Origin: Candidatus Bruticola sp.
Lineage (GTDB): Bacteria; Vulcanimicrobiota; Xenobia; Xenobiales; Xenobiaceae
Length of the DNA stretch: 64,000 nucleotides
Direction of reading: 5' to 3'
Assembly: GCA_051874735.1 (NCBI GenBank)
Contig: JBJEGD010000013.1
Coordinates: forward strand, 78,707-142,706
This document shows positions 51,131 to 60,400 of this stretch, piece by piece. The notes under the pieces are model-generated. The model was not told the origin of the DNA, ran no database searches, and saw only the letters and a program-made list of their open reading frames with translations. Every line of letters starts with the position of its first letter. The first letter of the stretch is position 1. The position numbers and the translations under genes were made by a program.

Positions 51131-52570
51131 TTAACTATTTTTGTTGTTTTTAGGCAGTATAGATATAGAAATCTGCTTATCTTCCTCAGATAAGACTATA
51201 CTGTCTCCTCGGTTGGCGGTATGCTCCAGGATAGCTTTAGCCACGAAGCTGCCAATCTCTCTAGAGAAGAGGCGGCGCAGCGAAGTCGCTCCATGGCCTA
51301 CTTCTTCGCTCTTCTTAATAAGATAGAACTTAACCGCTTCGTTTATATTGATATTGAGATTATGCTCACGTTTCAGCTCTTTAGACAGCTCTTCTATCCA
51401 GGTATCCAGAAGTTTAAGTAGGCCTTTATCGCTGATAGGCGGGAAGAACACAGTTTCGTCGGCCAAACTGATGGTATCAGGACGCAAAACTGTCTCTATA
51501 TCTGGCATAAGCAGGCGATCGTACTGATCTTGGGAGTCTTCTTCTTTATCTTTGTTTCGGCGGAACCCCATATTGGCGTTTTTGAAAAACTCGGCGTCCA
51601 TAGATATGGAGAGGATAATAATGTGATCGCGGAAGTCCAGACGTCTGCCGCTGCTGGTCATGAAATGACCTTTCTCCAAAATTTGGTGGATACACTCCAT
51701 AACTTTAGGATGAGCTTGCTCCACGCCCTCTATATAAATAACTCCGAAGGGAAATTCGCGATTTAGTATTCCCAGCAACGATTCTTGCCCGCTGCTACCT
51801 ATAAATTGAGCTGCTCTTCCTTCTTCACTGAAGTCGGCTAGGTCGAGGCGGTAGACTCGATCTAAATCATTGAAAAGAAATTTGGCTAAATTGCGAGCTA
51901 AAGTCATGCGCCCAGAACCGCGCGGTCCAATAAATAGGAAACTGGCAATAGGACGGCTACTACCTAAGAAGCCGGCCCAAGAGCGAGTTAAAGTATCGAC
52001 AATTCGGGTAATGGTAGACTCTGTAACAACTACATTTTTCTTTAGCTCTTCTCCGCATTCAGACAGACGGCGGCGCCACTTGTTATTCTTGCTGCCACTA
52101 CTGCCTTTGCTGCGGAAGGATAAAACTTCAGGACGTCTGGTTGTCGGTTCAGCTAAAAGGTCTTCTATATCAGAGCACCAGCTCTTCGCTTCATCTTCAT
52201 CTTTGACTAGAACTTGAGCTGCTTCACAGCTAAATTCATCCAAAATAGCCCAAAGCAGATGAAGAGTTCCTACTGGTTTATTGTAAGTTTGGGCTAAATC
52301 TTCGGCGTTATGAAATAACATTATGTTGCGCAGACTCCTAGGAGGATCTTCCTGTTTTTTAGAGCCTTTGCCCAGTAGTTCGGCTATTTGTTTGTATACT
52401 TTAGAATAGCTGATTCCTTTTTTGCGCAGAAAGTTGGCCGCCTGACTATCTCTAGTAGACAAGATGGCTAGCAGCAAATGTTCGGCAGTTACGAACATAT
52501 GTCTGAGTTTCATAGCCTCTTGTTTTGATGCAACTTTTACTTTTTCTAAATTGCTTGTATAAAGTTTCAT
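51131..52570 (-). CDS. Degenerate Clp AAA+ protein (Clp-N plus a single D2-like module)
   Basis: EHLLLAIL and LHLLWAIL N-repeats; RPIASFLFIGPRGSGRMT; AHPKV; RRLDFRD; no D1; start set at ATG 52570. Confidence 0.82.
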   Translation of the reverse strand: MKLYTSNLEKVKVASKQEAMKLRHMFVTAEHLLLAILSTRDSQAANFLRKKGISYSKVYKQIAELLGKGSKKQEDPPRSLRNIMLFHNAEDLAQTYNKPVGTLHLLWAILDEFSCEAAQVLVKDEDEAKSWCSDIEDLLAEPTTRRPEVLSFRSKGSSGSKNNKWRRRLSECGEELKKNVVVTESTITRIVDTLTRSWAGFLGSSRPIASFLFIGPRGSGRMTLARNLAKFLFNDLDRVYRLDLADFSEEGRAAQFIGSSGQESLLGILNREFPFGVIYIEGVEQAHPKVMECIHQILEKGHFMTSSGRRLDFRDHIIILSISMDAEFFKNANMGFRRNKDKEEDSQDQYDRLLMPDIETVLRPDTISLADETVFFPPISDKGLLKLLDTWIEELSKELKREHNLNININEAVKFYLIKKSEEVGHGATSLRRLFSREIGSFVAKAILEHTANRGDSIVLSEEDKQISISILPKNNKNS

Positions 52571-52596
52571 AAGTTTCCCTTTTCCTATAGACAGAC

Positions 52597-54624
52597 TTAA
52601 GAGTCGAGCAACCAAGCCTTTATAGCTTGACGGGCGTTAGAACAAAGGGACAGGTTTGGAGTAGACCAAACTGACTGAGGTATATGCTCCATCTCAGCAT
52701 TTATGGAACGGGGTAAAATAAGGCGTTTCCATCGTACTCCGGATTCATACATGCGCTGTAGTCCTGAGGCCAGTTGAGTAGAACTGTAAATTCGTCCCTG
52801 CAAGTCGATCCGTCCTCCTACTACACAGAGATTACCTCCGGAAGAACCGGTAAGAGCGCTAACCATAGCCAGAAGGAAAGCTAAGCCAAGTTCCTCACTA
52901 CTGCTAAAACTGTTTTCATCTAATTTGTATGTACCTAAATACTCGGAGAGTGTGTTAAGTTTTTTGTTGATATCAAAACTAATATCTCGGATATGAATGT
53001 GAATATCATAGCTATTAGGATCGGGCAATCCTAAAGATCTGGCCTCAGAGCGCAAATAGGTCCAGGCAATCTCCATAGCTGAGGCTACACTTTCAGTACC
53101 GGTAATCTTGATGTTGCCGCTGCCTTCCATTGATCTGGCACTTATGCCCAGGGCTATTATAGGAAATGATGAAGGGGGAACCGCAATAATCTCGCTGCTA
53201 AAAGGCTCCTCTTCCTGGGGGGTCAAAGACTGAATTTGAATACGGGCTAAACGATATTTAAGAGTTTGGTCGCTCTTTTTGTACAGGATGGCCAACTGAT
53301 TCCATATATCAATATTTTTGGTCTGTTTGCCTAATAACCCCACAGCATATTCTAAAATTTTGATGGCGTCTTCGTGCTTTTTTTGCTGCGACATTATCTT
53401 AGACTTGCCTAGGTAAACTTCCGGAATATCTATATCAGGGTAAGCTGCATCTAGTTTTTGCCAAGATTCTAGGGCTTTATCGTATTCACCGCTGTCACAG
53501 AGCAAATCTGCTTCTAAAGAAGTGCGGGCTACAGCTGCTGTTATTTCATCTTGGCTCGGCGTCTTTAGATTGTCATCTTCTTCACTGTCATTTTTTAGAC
53601 TGTCATCTTCTTCATTATCATCTTCTTCAGATTCACTTTGGGCAGTACTGCCTAGTTCTGCTCTCTTTTCAAACTCGTAAAATCTTACTGCTGCGTCAAT
53701 TTGACCAATTCCCAGCAGACAGCGGGCTAACATGCGGAGCAGAGAGGGAGGAGTGTCTTTGGCAATACTATCAGGCACCATGTTCGTAAAGATTTCGACG
53801 GCGCCTGCGTAGTCTTCTTGTTCCATTTTGATAGAGATCATCTCTTCAAAAATTAGGAAAGGATTAAGTTTGTGTAACTGCAGAATGCACAGAAAACATA
53901 GACTTAGAGCTTTGTCGTAGTTCTTTTGAATATGAGCTATACGGGCTCTCATTAGCATGGCACTCTCGCTTGACCAATCTAAGGCGAAGCGGTATTCTCG
54001 CCACGTTCCTTCGGAATCTAGTTCTAAAACTTTTTCAAATTCTGAATCAGCACTATCAAAGTGGGCTATGCGCATGTACAGCAATCCCATTAGATAGCGC
54101 ATAGGTAGACTATCGTACTCTGCTTCTAAAGCATTGCTGGCTAATTGTAGTAAAGATGTCTCTTCGTCGATAGCGTTGTCACCTAAAACAAATGATAGCA
54201 GAGCCAAAGAGGCGAGCAATTCAGGATCATCAGGATTTTGTTCTAGGCGCTTTTTGTACATTGAGCGCAACAAAAACAAGTCTACCGCCATATTCTCTTG
54301 GGCTAAGATAGCCCCCCAACGGTCCAGGGGATAGCTGGTTACTCTATCTGTTTGAGCCCATTGAGTGTACGCGGTAATCGCTTCACTTATTTGATTCCCT
54401 TTTTTATTTATATAACCGGACCATTCGTATACTAAAGAGCGAAAGTAGGAATTAGGATCTAACTCGGCGGCTCTATTGAATGCTTTGAAAGCCCCGTCAG
54501 TGTCGCCATTACGCAGACAGGCTTCACCTATGCTGATATGAAGATCAACATTGTTAGGCTCGCGATGGGAGCGCTCCAAAAGCTGTTCTGCGTACTGACG
54601 GGAAGTTAACTTTTTACTACTCAC
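52597..54624 (-). CDS. TPR protein with a C-terminal degenerate Lon (S16)-like domain
   Basis: Several TPRs (AFKAFNRAAELDP, FEKVLELD); C-terminal GSGNIKITG, AWTYLR, DIHIH, LAMVSALTG, GRIDLQGRI, LILP. Confidence 0.72.
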   Translation of the reverse strand: MSSKKLTSRQYAEQLLERSHREPNNVDLHISIGEACLRNGDTDGAFKAFNRAAELDPNSYFRSLVYEWSGYINKKGNQISEAITAYTQWAQTDRVTSYPLDRWGAILAQENMAVDLFLLRSMYKKRLEQNPDDPELLASLALLSFVLGDNAIDEETSLLQLASNALEAEYDSLPMRYLMGLLYMRIAHFDSADSEFEKVLELDSEGTWREYRFALDWSSESAMLMRARIAHIQKNYDKALSLCFLCILQLHKLNPFLIFEEMISIKMEQEDYAGAVEIFTNMVPDSIAKDTPPSLLRMLARCLLGIGQIDAAVRFYEFEKRAELGSTAQSESEEDDNEEDDSLKNDSEEDDNLKTPSQDEITAAVARTSLEADLLCDSGEYDKALESWQKLDAAYPDIDIPEVYLGKSKIMSQQKKHEDAIKILEYAVGLLGKQTKNIDIWNQLAILYKKSDQTLKYRLARIQIQSLTPQEEEPFSSEIIAVPPSSFPIIALGISARSMEGSGNIKITGTESVASAMEIAWTYLRSEARSLGLPDPNSYDIHIHIRDISFDINKKLNTLSEYLGTYKLDENSFSSSEELGLAFLLAMVSALTGSSGGNLCVVGGRIDLQGRIYSSTQLASGLQRMYESGVRWKRLILPRSINAEMEHIPQSVWSTPNLSLCSNARQAIKAWLLDS

Positions 54625-54721
54625 AGGGCTAAGTTTCTATATCCGATCGCTTGAACCTTTGCCATAATAGACACGATAATCAGGAAAATAATTTAATTGT
54701 ATATAAAAGTACTTATGGACG

Positions 54722-56038
54722 TCAGCTGCCGCTGGAAGTTGCCTTTTTTTCGTCTTCTTTATCTTGACTGTCGTCATCATTAGGCAGAGGACGCGGGGAC
54801 CAAACGTAGACGCATTTAGGAGAACGCAAACCAAAAGTAGGTTCTTGGCTATCGTAAGTTTCCCAAGAATTGGCCTGTTTAGGATCGAGGCATACTATAC
54901 GGTCATTGCCCGTATCGGCAATATAAATTTTGCTACCATCCTCACTAGAACTTAGTCCCTTGGGCTCTAAAAATTGAAAAGCACCTCGCCCATAGGAGCC
55001 TATTTCCACATGATTTTTGCCTCTAAAGTTATCGGCTTTCACTAAACGTTGGTTGGCTATATCTACGAAGAAAACACCGTCGTCAGTTTTTACAAATTGG
55101 GTTGGAGTGAAGGCTGCTCCGCTGAGATTTTGGCCACGGTAAACTTGCCAAGTGCTGGGCAAAGCGGTAAGATCGAAGGGAATACGCACAATCTGCCCCT
55201 TCATAGTGCCTTCTCCGCAGCAAACATAGAGGTTGCCATCCATATCGAGCCATAAATAACCTGGTTTGTTTATTTTGCTGTCTTTAAGCTCAGCCATAGG
55301 TTCTGTATCGCCGAATTTTTCGTATACTAAAATGCGGTTGTTTTCAGTATCGGAAATATACAGACGCTTACCGTGAAAAGCTACGCCTTTGGGGCCTTTG
55401 AAGCCATTGTCCATTTCTGTCCAGCCCAAACCGCGAATATCATCTATGCGGATAATGCGGTTATTGCCTCGATCGGCGATGTAAACTTTACCAGTGACAT
55501 CGACCCAAATTTGCTCTGGATTGAGAAAACGCCCTAAGCCACTGCCGCTAAGTCCTAAAGGATAAAAATCTTCGCCCTGAATGTTCTTCATGTATACTAT
55601 GCGTCCGTTGCCAGTATCTGAGATCCAGATACCACTTAACCGCTTGTAATCTTCAGGATTAGAAGATTGCAGCATAGTAAAGCGCGGCTTTTTTTTCATT
55701 TCTAGATCGATAGTTTTAACTTTGCCTTTTTGCAATTCTGCGTTGAGGTCTTGCAGACTTTTAACGCTTTCATTATCTGTTGCCGTTTTTGTGTCTGTAC
55801 TGGCAGCTGGCGCAGCAGGGGACTCTTCTGTCGTTTCACTATTGGTTTGCTCTGGTGAAGCTGCTTCAGTGGCTGTATCTGCCTCTGCTGCTGATGTACT
55901 TTCTGCTGGAGGAACCGAAACTGTTACTTCAGATGGCTGCTGAGCCTGAACGGGCCAGGCTGAAAGTCCGAAAATCGCACAACACAGCGCTGCTTTGGTA
56001 AAAGCATGTATTATTGTCGTTTTGTAGTTAGTTTGCAA
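54722..56038 (-). CDS. Secreted NHL-repeat beta-propeller protein
   Basis: Signal peptide (...LSAWPVQA); low-complexity A/T/E/S linker; repeats ISDTGNGRI, IADRGNNRI, ISDTENNRI, IADTGNDRI. Confidence 0.85.
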   Translation of the reverse strand: MQTNYKTTIIHAFTKAALCCAIFGLSAWPVQAQQPSEVTVSVPPAESTSAAEADTATEAASPEQTNSETTEESPAAPAASTDTKTATDNESVKSLQDLNAELQKGKVKTIDLEMKKKPRFTMLQSSNPEDYKRLSGIWISDTGNGRIVYMKNIQGEDFYPLGLSGSGLGRFLNPEQIWVDVTGKVYIADRGNNRIIRIDDIRGLGWTEMDNGFKGPKGVAFHGKRLYISDTENNRILVYEKFGDTEPMAELKDSKINKPGYLWLDMDGNLYVCCGEGTMKGQIVRIPFDLTALPSTWQVYRGQNLSGAAFTPTQFVKTDDGVFFVDIANQRLVKADNFRGKNHVEIGSYGRGAFQFLEPKGLSSSEDGSKIYIADTGNDRIVCLDPKQANSWETYDSQEPTFGLRSPKCVYVWSPRPLPNDDDSQDKEDEKKATSSGS

Positions 56039-56470
56039 GAAAGTTTATCCTCCACCTGAGTTGGGCTTATTAGATAAAATAAAGGGCTACCTATATTAAA
56101 AATTTAGCGCAGACTTTAATCTGCAGCGAACTCAGGAATTTACTAAAAAATAAGGCTTTACCTTCTTATAAGTGACAATAATAATCATTGATATTATAAA
56201 TAGTTTGTGTGTGCATATGCCTAAAAATAATCAAAAATAGGGCAATAAATATAAAAATAAAAAATCTACCTGCCTAAAAATGGGCAGGGTTCAGCTATAT
56301 AGAGAAGAAAGCAAGGCCATTTTCCGACAGGATCTCCGCTAGCAGCGGCAGTGTTCCTAACGGGAGTATGTTTGCTTTTTTGTGTTTGGTTCGAATTGAA
56401 GTTAATTCACCGCTTGGCGGCTTAATTTAGGCACAAAAGAGGTTAAAGAAGATTAAAAAAGAGGTGTGTT

Positions 56471-57493
56471 ATGGAAATTCTCGATGTTCTGCGCAGTAAG
56501 GCTTCAGCTAATCGACGTCATATTGTGCTGCCTGAGGGAAAAGATGACAGAACTTTGCAGGCGGCCCGTATGGTTACCGATCGCGGTTACGCTAAAGTTA
56601 CGGTTATCGGCCAGCCTGAAGAAGTACGCGCCCGCGCTGCAGAACTTGGGTTCTCTCTTGAAGATGTAGAAGTTTTAGATCATAAAGCTGCTGACGATTT
56701 CGAAGAATACGCCAATGCCTATTACGAGCTGCGCAAAGCTAAAGGTATGACTCCTGAAGAAGCTCGTGAAGCTATGGCTGACCCCCTCTACTATGCCAAT
56801 ATGATGGTGCGTTCCGGTAAAGCTGACGGCACTGTGGCTGGAGCTACCAACACTACTGCTCATACTGTGCGTGCAGCTTTGAAGTGCTTGGGTGTGCAGC
56901 CTGGCCTTAAGACCGTTTCTAGTTTCTTCTTGATGGTTGTGCCTAACAAAGCTTTCGGTGAAAATGGAGCCATGATTTTTGCTGACTGCGGTGTGGTGAT
57001 CGACCCTGATCCTCTGCAGTTGGCTGAAATTGCTTTGACCACTGCCGATTCTTGCCGCCTGTTCTTGGAAGCTGAGCCCCGCATGGCCATGTTGAGCTTC
57101 AGTACTAAAGGCAGCGCTAAACATGAAAAGATTGATAAAGTAACTGAGGCTTTGAGCATTGTCAAAGCTCGTCGTCCCGATTTGAATGTCGACGGTGAAA
57201 TGCAAGTCGATGCCGCTCTGATCCCCAGAATTGGCCAGTCTAAAGCTCCCGGCTCTCCCGTCGCCGGTCGAGCTAACGTGCTGATTTTCCCCGACATCCA
57301 GTCTGGCAACATCGGCTATAAGTTAGCTGAGCGTATGTCCGGCGGTGTGGCTATAGGTCCGATTCTGCAGGGCTTCGATTATGCTTCTAACGATCTCTCT
57401 CGCGGTTGCAAAGCTGAGGATATTGTGGATACAGTGGTTATAACAGCTTTGCAGTCTATCGACTGCGAGCGCCGCAAAGCTGAAAGAGCTTAA
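56471..57493 (+). CDS. pta: Phosphate acetyltransferase
   Basis: [41 protein letters not shown] and DLSRGC motifs; GAGGTG RBS. Confidence 0.95.
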   Translation: MEILDVLRSKASANRRHIVLPEGKDDRTLQAARMVTDRGYAKVTVIGQPEEVRARAAELGFSLEDVEVLDHKAADDFEEYANAYYELRKAKGMTPEEAREAMADPLYYANMMVRSGKADGTVAGATNTTAHTVRAALKCLGVQPGLKTVSSFFLMVVPNKAFGENGAMIFADCGVVIDPDPLQLAEIALTTADSCRLFLEAEPRMAMLSFSTKGSAKHEKIDKVTEALSIVKARRPDLNVDGEMQVDAALIPRIGQSKAPGSPVAGRANVLIFPDIQSGNIGYKLAERMSGGVAIGPILQGFDYASNDLSRGCKAEDIVDTVVITALQSIDCERRKAERA

Positions 57494-57542
57494 ACTGCTG
57501 CTTTGAGACGATTATTTTTTAATAATTAATAATCTGTTAAGC

Positions 57543-57587
57543 AAAAAATGGGCCTTTCTTATTGTAAAAGAAAGGCCCATTTTTTTT
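57543..57587. terminator. Bidirectional terminator after pta
   Basis: AAAAAATGGGCCTTTCTT...AAGAAAGGCCCATTTTTT. Confidence 0.85.
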
Positions 57588-57735
57588 GTAATTTATATTT
57601 TAGCGAAGTAATAATCGGCCGTTCTTTAAAAAAACAACAAGTAGAAAAGCTTCCTGCAGGCAGCTATAAGCCTGCTGGGAAGCTTTAACAAGGAAACTGA
57701 AAGGGCAATTTCAGAACTTGCCTGCCGAAAAAAGA

Positions 57736-59859
57736 TTATTCTTCGTAGCCGTAATTACGCCCATCGCCCAACCAGCCAGTTTTGTCCTGGTTGGAATCAT
57801 CTTGACGTTTAACCGGAGAGATAGAAGGCAAGCCGGGGAAGGGATGAACCTTAATTGAACGAGAGGAGGGGCTCCCTAAATAGCCCTCTTGCTCAGCCGC
57901 CTGTGCTGCTTCTATAGCGGCAATGTCGGGAAGACCGGTACCGCTCTCTGCCAACTGAAGCTCCTCAGCACTGAGCTTAGAAGCAATGCGCTCTAAGAAA
58001 CGTTTTACAACTGGAGTCGCTAAGTTGAGTGGCTCAAGAGTAACAAACTTCTTGTAACCGGAGTAGGCTCTGATCATATCGCCCTTGTGCTCGGCTAGAA
58101 TGGCTAAGCCACGAACAGCAGTGGCGTTCATGGCGTCGTATTTGACGGCCTGAGCGTAAGCGTGTTCTGCTTCTGAATCGCGGTGAGCCAGGGAACAAGT
58201 ATCGCCCAGCAGAGCCCAGAGCACGGAAGAAGCGGGAGCACATCCAGTTTGATGCTCAGCTGATTGGCGCACTTCTTCAGCTAAAGCGGCCGCTTCTTTG
58301 ACTCGTTTGAGCAACAGAAGGAGCTTAACTTTACGGAAAACGCAATGAATGGAGTCGGGATAAAACTCGCAGATCTCGTCCATAGCCTGCAAAGCAGCTT
58401 CGAAATTGCTCTGCTTCATGTAGGCTGTAGCTAAAGCAACGGCGAGATTGGTGTGTACTTCTTCGGTAGCGTAGTTGCAATTCAACCCGTCGCGAGCAGC
58501 TTGAATAGCCTGAGTCCAGTTACCTTGACGAACCCAATATTCAGCCAAGCCCAAATGGCATTTCGCATCGCGGGGGGACTGGGTTACCGACTTAATATAA
58601 AGCATTTGAGCTTCAGGAATTTGGCCGGTCGCTTCCATAATAGGAGCTATTACAGAGGCGTTGTTTTCCTCATCGGTCATGTAAATGGCCAACGCCTCAT
58701 CATACATGCCAAGTTTGAAGTACAGCTCTGCCAAAGCTTTTTCGATGACGCGCCGAATCGACTTGCGCTCGTTGGGATCTTCAACAATGTCCCGGTAGTA
58801 GTCGATGGCATTTTGGGCCTCGCCGCGGCGGACATAAAGACGTCCGAGCTCCCAAAGGGCCTGGGCATTTTTTGAATCAGCGGAGAGGGCGTCTTTTAAG
58901 GTGACGATAGCATCATCGAAGAGACCTGCCTGGATCTGCTGAGTAGCCAATAAGTTCCAGATACGTTGATTAGTGCGATCTTTGGCTACTTGACTTTGAA
59001 GTTCGGCGATAAACTCTGAACTGAGACGTGACCAATGCTGCTGCAGGCCTAACTGAGCATAAACGCGCAGAAGCTCAACCTTCCACATCAAAATGTTGCG
59101 GTGAGTCGGATTAGTTCTTATAGCCTGTTCATAGGCGCCGCGTGATTCAGTGTAGTTCTTGGTTCGGTAAGCTAAGCGGGCTGCTGCTTCAAGCAGGCTG
59201 GCATTGCTGTCATGGTGCATGAGAGCTCTGGCCACCAGGTGCAGACCCATTTGCTGCAACTTAGAACGCTGATCGGGCTTGAGACCTTTGCCAAGCATTT
59301 CTTCAAAGAAAGTGGCGCCCAGAGGGCAATCCTCTTCGTCGCGCAATTCGATCAAACGGAGATAACTCTTTTCAGCAGTCGGCAGATCGTAAGCGCGAGC
59401 AGCTGTGGCCGCTAAACGTCTGACGGAATCGGGGTCGTCGGGCTGTCTGTCGAGCACCCACTGACGCAGTTCCTGAGCTTTAGCATAAGCGCCTTTTCCT
59501 TCTAAAACGTCTGCCAGTTTGACGGCAAAGAAGACGTCGGGGCAATTCTCCATGGCGTCTTCCAGGGCTTGCTGCATAGCATTGTTGTCGTTCTGTTTGC
59601 GCAATATGCTGATCTTGCGCTTATGCAGTTCCGGATCTTCCGGATTCTGCAGCAATTCTTGATTGACTTCTTCGAGAGCTTCATCGAGAGGCTCATTAAT
59701 ATCACCAAAAACAGGCTTGCCGAGACGGCCTGCCTTGGCCTGGCCTTCATTGGAACTTTGTTTGCGTACTAGGCCTTTGCCTTGATCAGTCGCTGACTGA
59801 TCTTTGCCCGGCATAGCCGGTTTAAATTGTTTGCTGGAACCAAACTTTGGAGTCATCAC
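57736..59859 (-). CDS. Multi-TPR protein
   Basis: 707 aa with many TPR-like helix pairs, disordered termini and no signal peptide; GAGGAG RBS. Confidence 0.85.
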   Translation of the reverse strand: MMTPKFGSSKQFKPAMPGKDQSATDQGKGLVRKQSSNEGQAKAGRLGKPVFGDINEPLDEALEEVNQELLQNPEDPELHKRKISILRKQNDNNAMQQALEDAMENCPDVFFAVKLADVLEGKGAYAKAQELRQWVLDRQPDDPDSVRRLAATAARAYDLPTAEKSYLRLIELRDEEDCPLGATFFEEMLGKGLKPDQRSKLQQMGLHLVARALMHHDSNASLLEAAARLAYRTKNYTESRGAYEQAIRTNPTHRNILMWKVELLRVYAQLGLQQHWSRLSSEFIAELQSQVAKDRTNQRIWNLLATQQIQAGLFDDAIVTLKDALSADSKNAQALWELGRLYVRRGEAQNAIDYYRDIVEDPNERKSIRRVIEKALAELYFKLGMYDEALAIYMTDEENNASVIAPIMEATGQIPEAQMLYIKSVTQSPRDAKCHLGLAEYWVRQGNWTQAIQAARDGLNCNYATEEVHTNLAVALATAYMKQSNFEAALQAMDEICEFYPDSIHCVFRKVKLLLLLKRVKEAAALAEEVRQSAEHQTGCAPASSVLWALLGDTCSLAHRDSEAEHAYAQAVKYDAMNATAVRGLAILAEHKGDMIRAYSGYKKFVTLEPLNLATPVVKRFLERIASKLSAEELQLAESGTGLPDIAAIEAAQAAEQEGYLGSPSSRSIKVHPFPGLPSISPVKRQDDSNQDKTGWLGDGRNYGYEE

Positions 59860-59897
59860 ACTCTCCTCACAGACGGGAACTTAGTCGCCTGGGGTGT

Positions 59898-60018
59898 TTG
59901 ACATTCCTCACAGCTTTAGGCGGAGAGGATTCCCAACTTAGAAACTTGCGACTAAGCTGTAAAAAAGCTTAGTTTCACGTTCCTGTCAGGCGTAGACTTC
60001 CGTGTGCCCCACGGTATT
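59898..60018 (-). mobile_element. Orphan IS200/IS605 right end / TnpB omegaRNA-like scaffold (non-autonomous remnant or co-opted RNA)
   Basis: The minus strand reads AATACCGTGGGGCACACGGAAGTCTACGCCTG...GAATCCTCTCCGCCTAAAGCTGTGAGGAATGTCAA, matching the remembered pattern of tnpB 3' ends (subterminal hairpin plus terminal TCAA). No tnpA or tnpB ORF is nearby. Confidence 0.6.
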
Positions 60019-60400
60019 TTTTTATGCTCCCTCGCCTTCGGGCGGATCTACGCCCGTTCTAGGCTTGCGCTGAGAGGGATAGCGCCCTTAGTAGCTCAAA
60101 TACTTGCATTTTAACAAGCACTAGGCATACCTATTTGTACTTTTTTCAAAAAGAATTAATATCCTGCTGAATGAACCGCAAGAGCGAATTTTAGCATAAA
60201 TCTTCGCATGAAAATGTAAGGCTGATTTGACCGTTCTAATATAAGTGTAGAAAAACTTAAGCTATTAGATATCGGGCTTAATTTACAATGTTAGTAAAGG
60301 TTGGCAGTCACAGTTTAATCAACTTATAAGTATTTGAAAAATAGACGGCTTGTTGCTGGACTAGAGGACAAAAAAGGTAAAATTAGAAAGCTCCCTATTT

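Noticed and set aside
59870-60100. 6S RNA, SRP RNA, tmRNA, RNase P or c-di-GMP riboswitch identity for the structured leader
   Set aside because: Their hallmark motifs were not found. Similarity to IS605 right ends fits better, pending an Rfam search.
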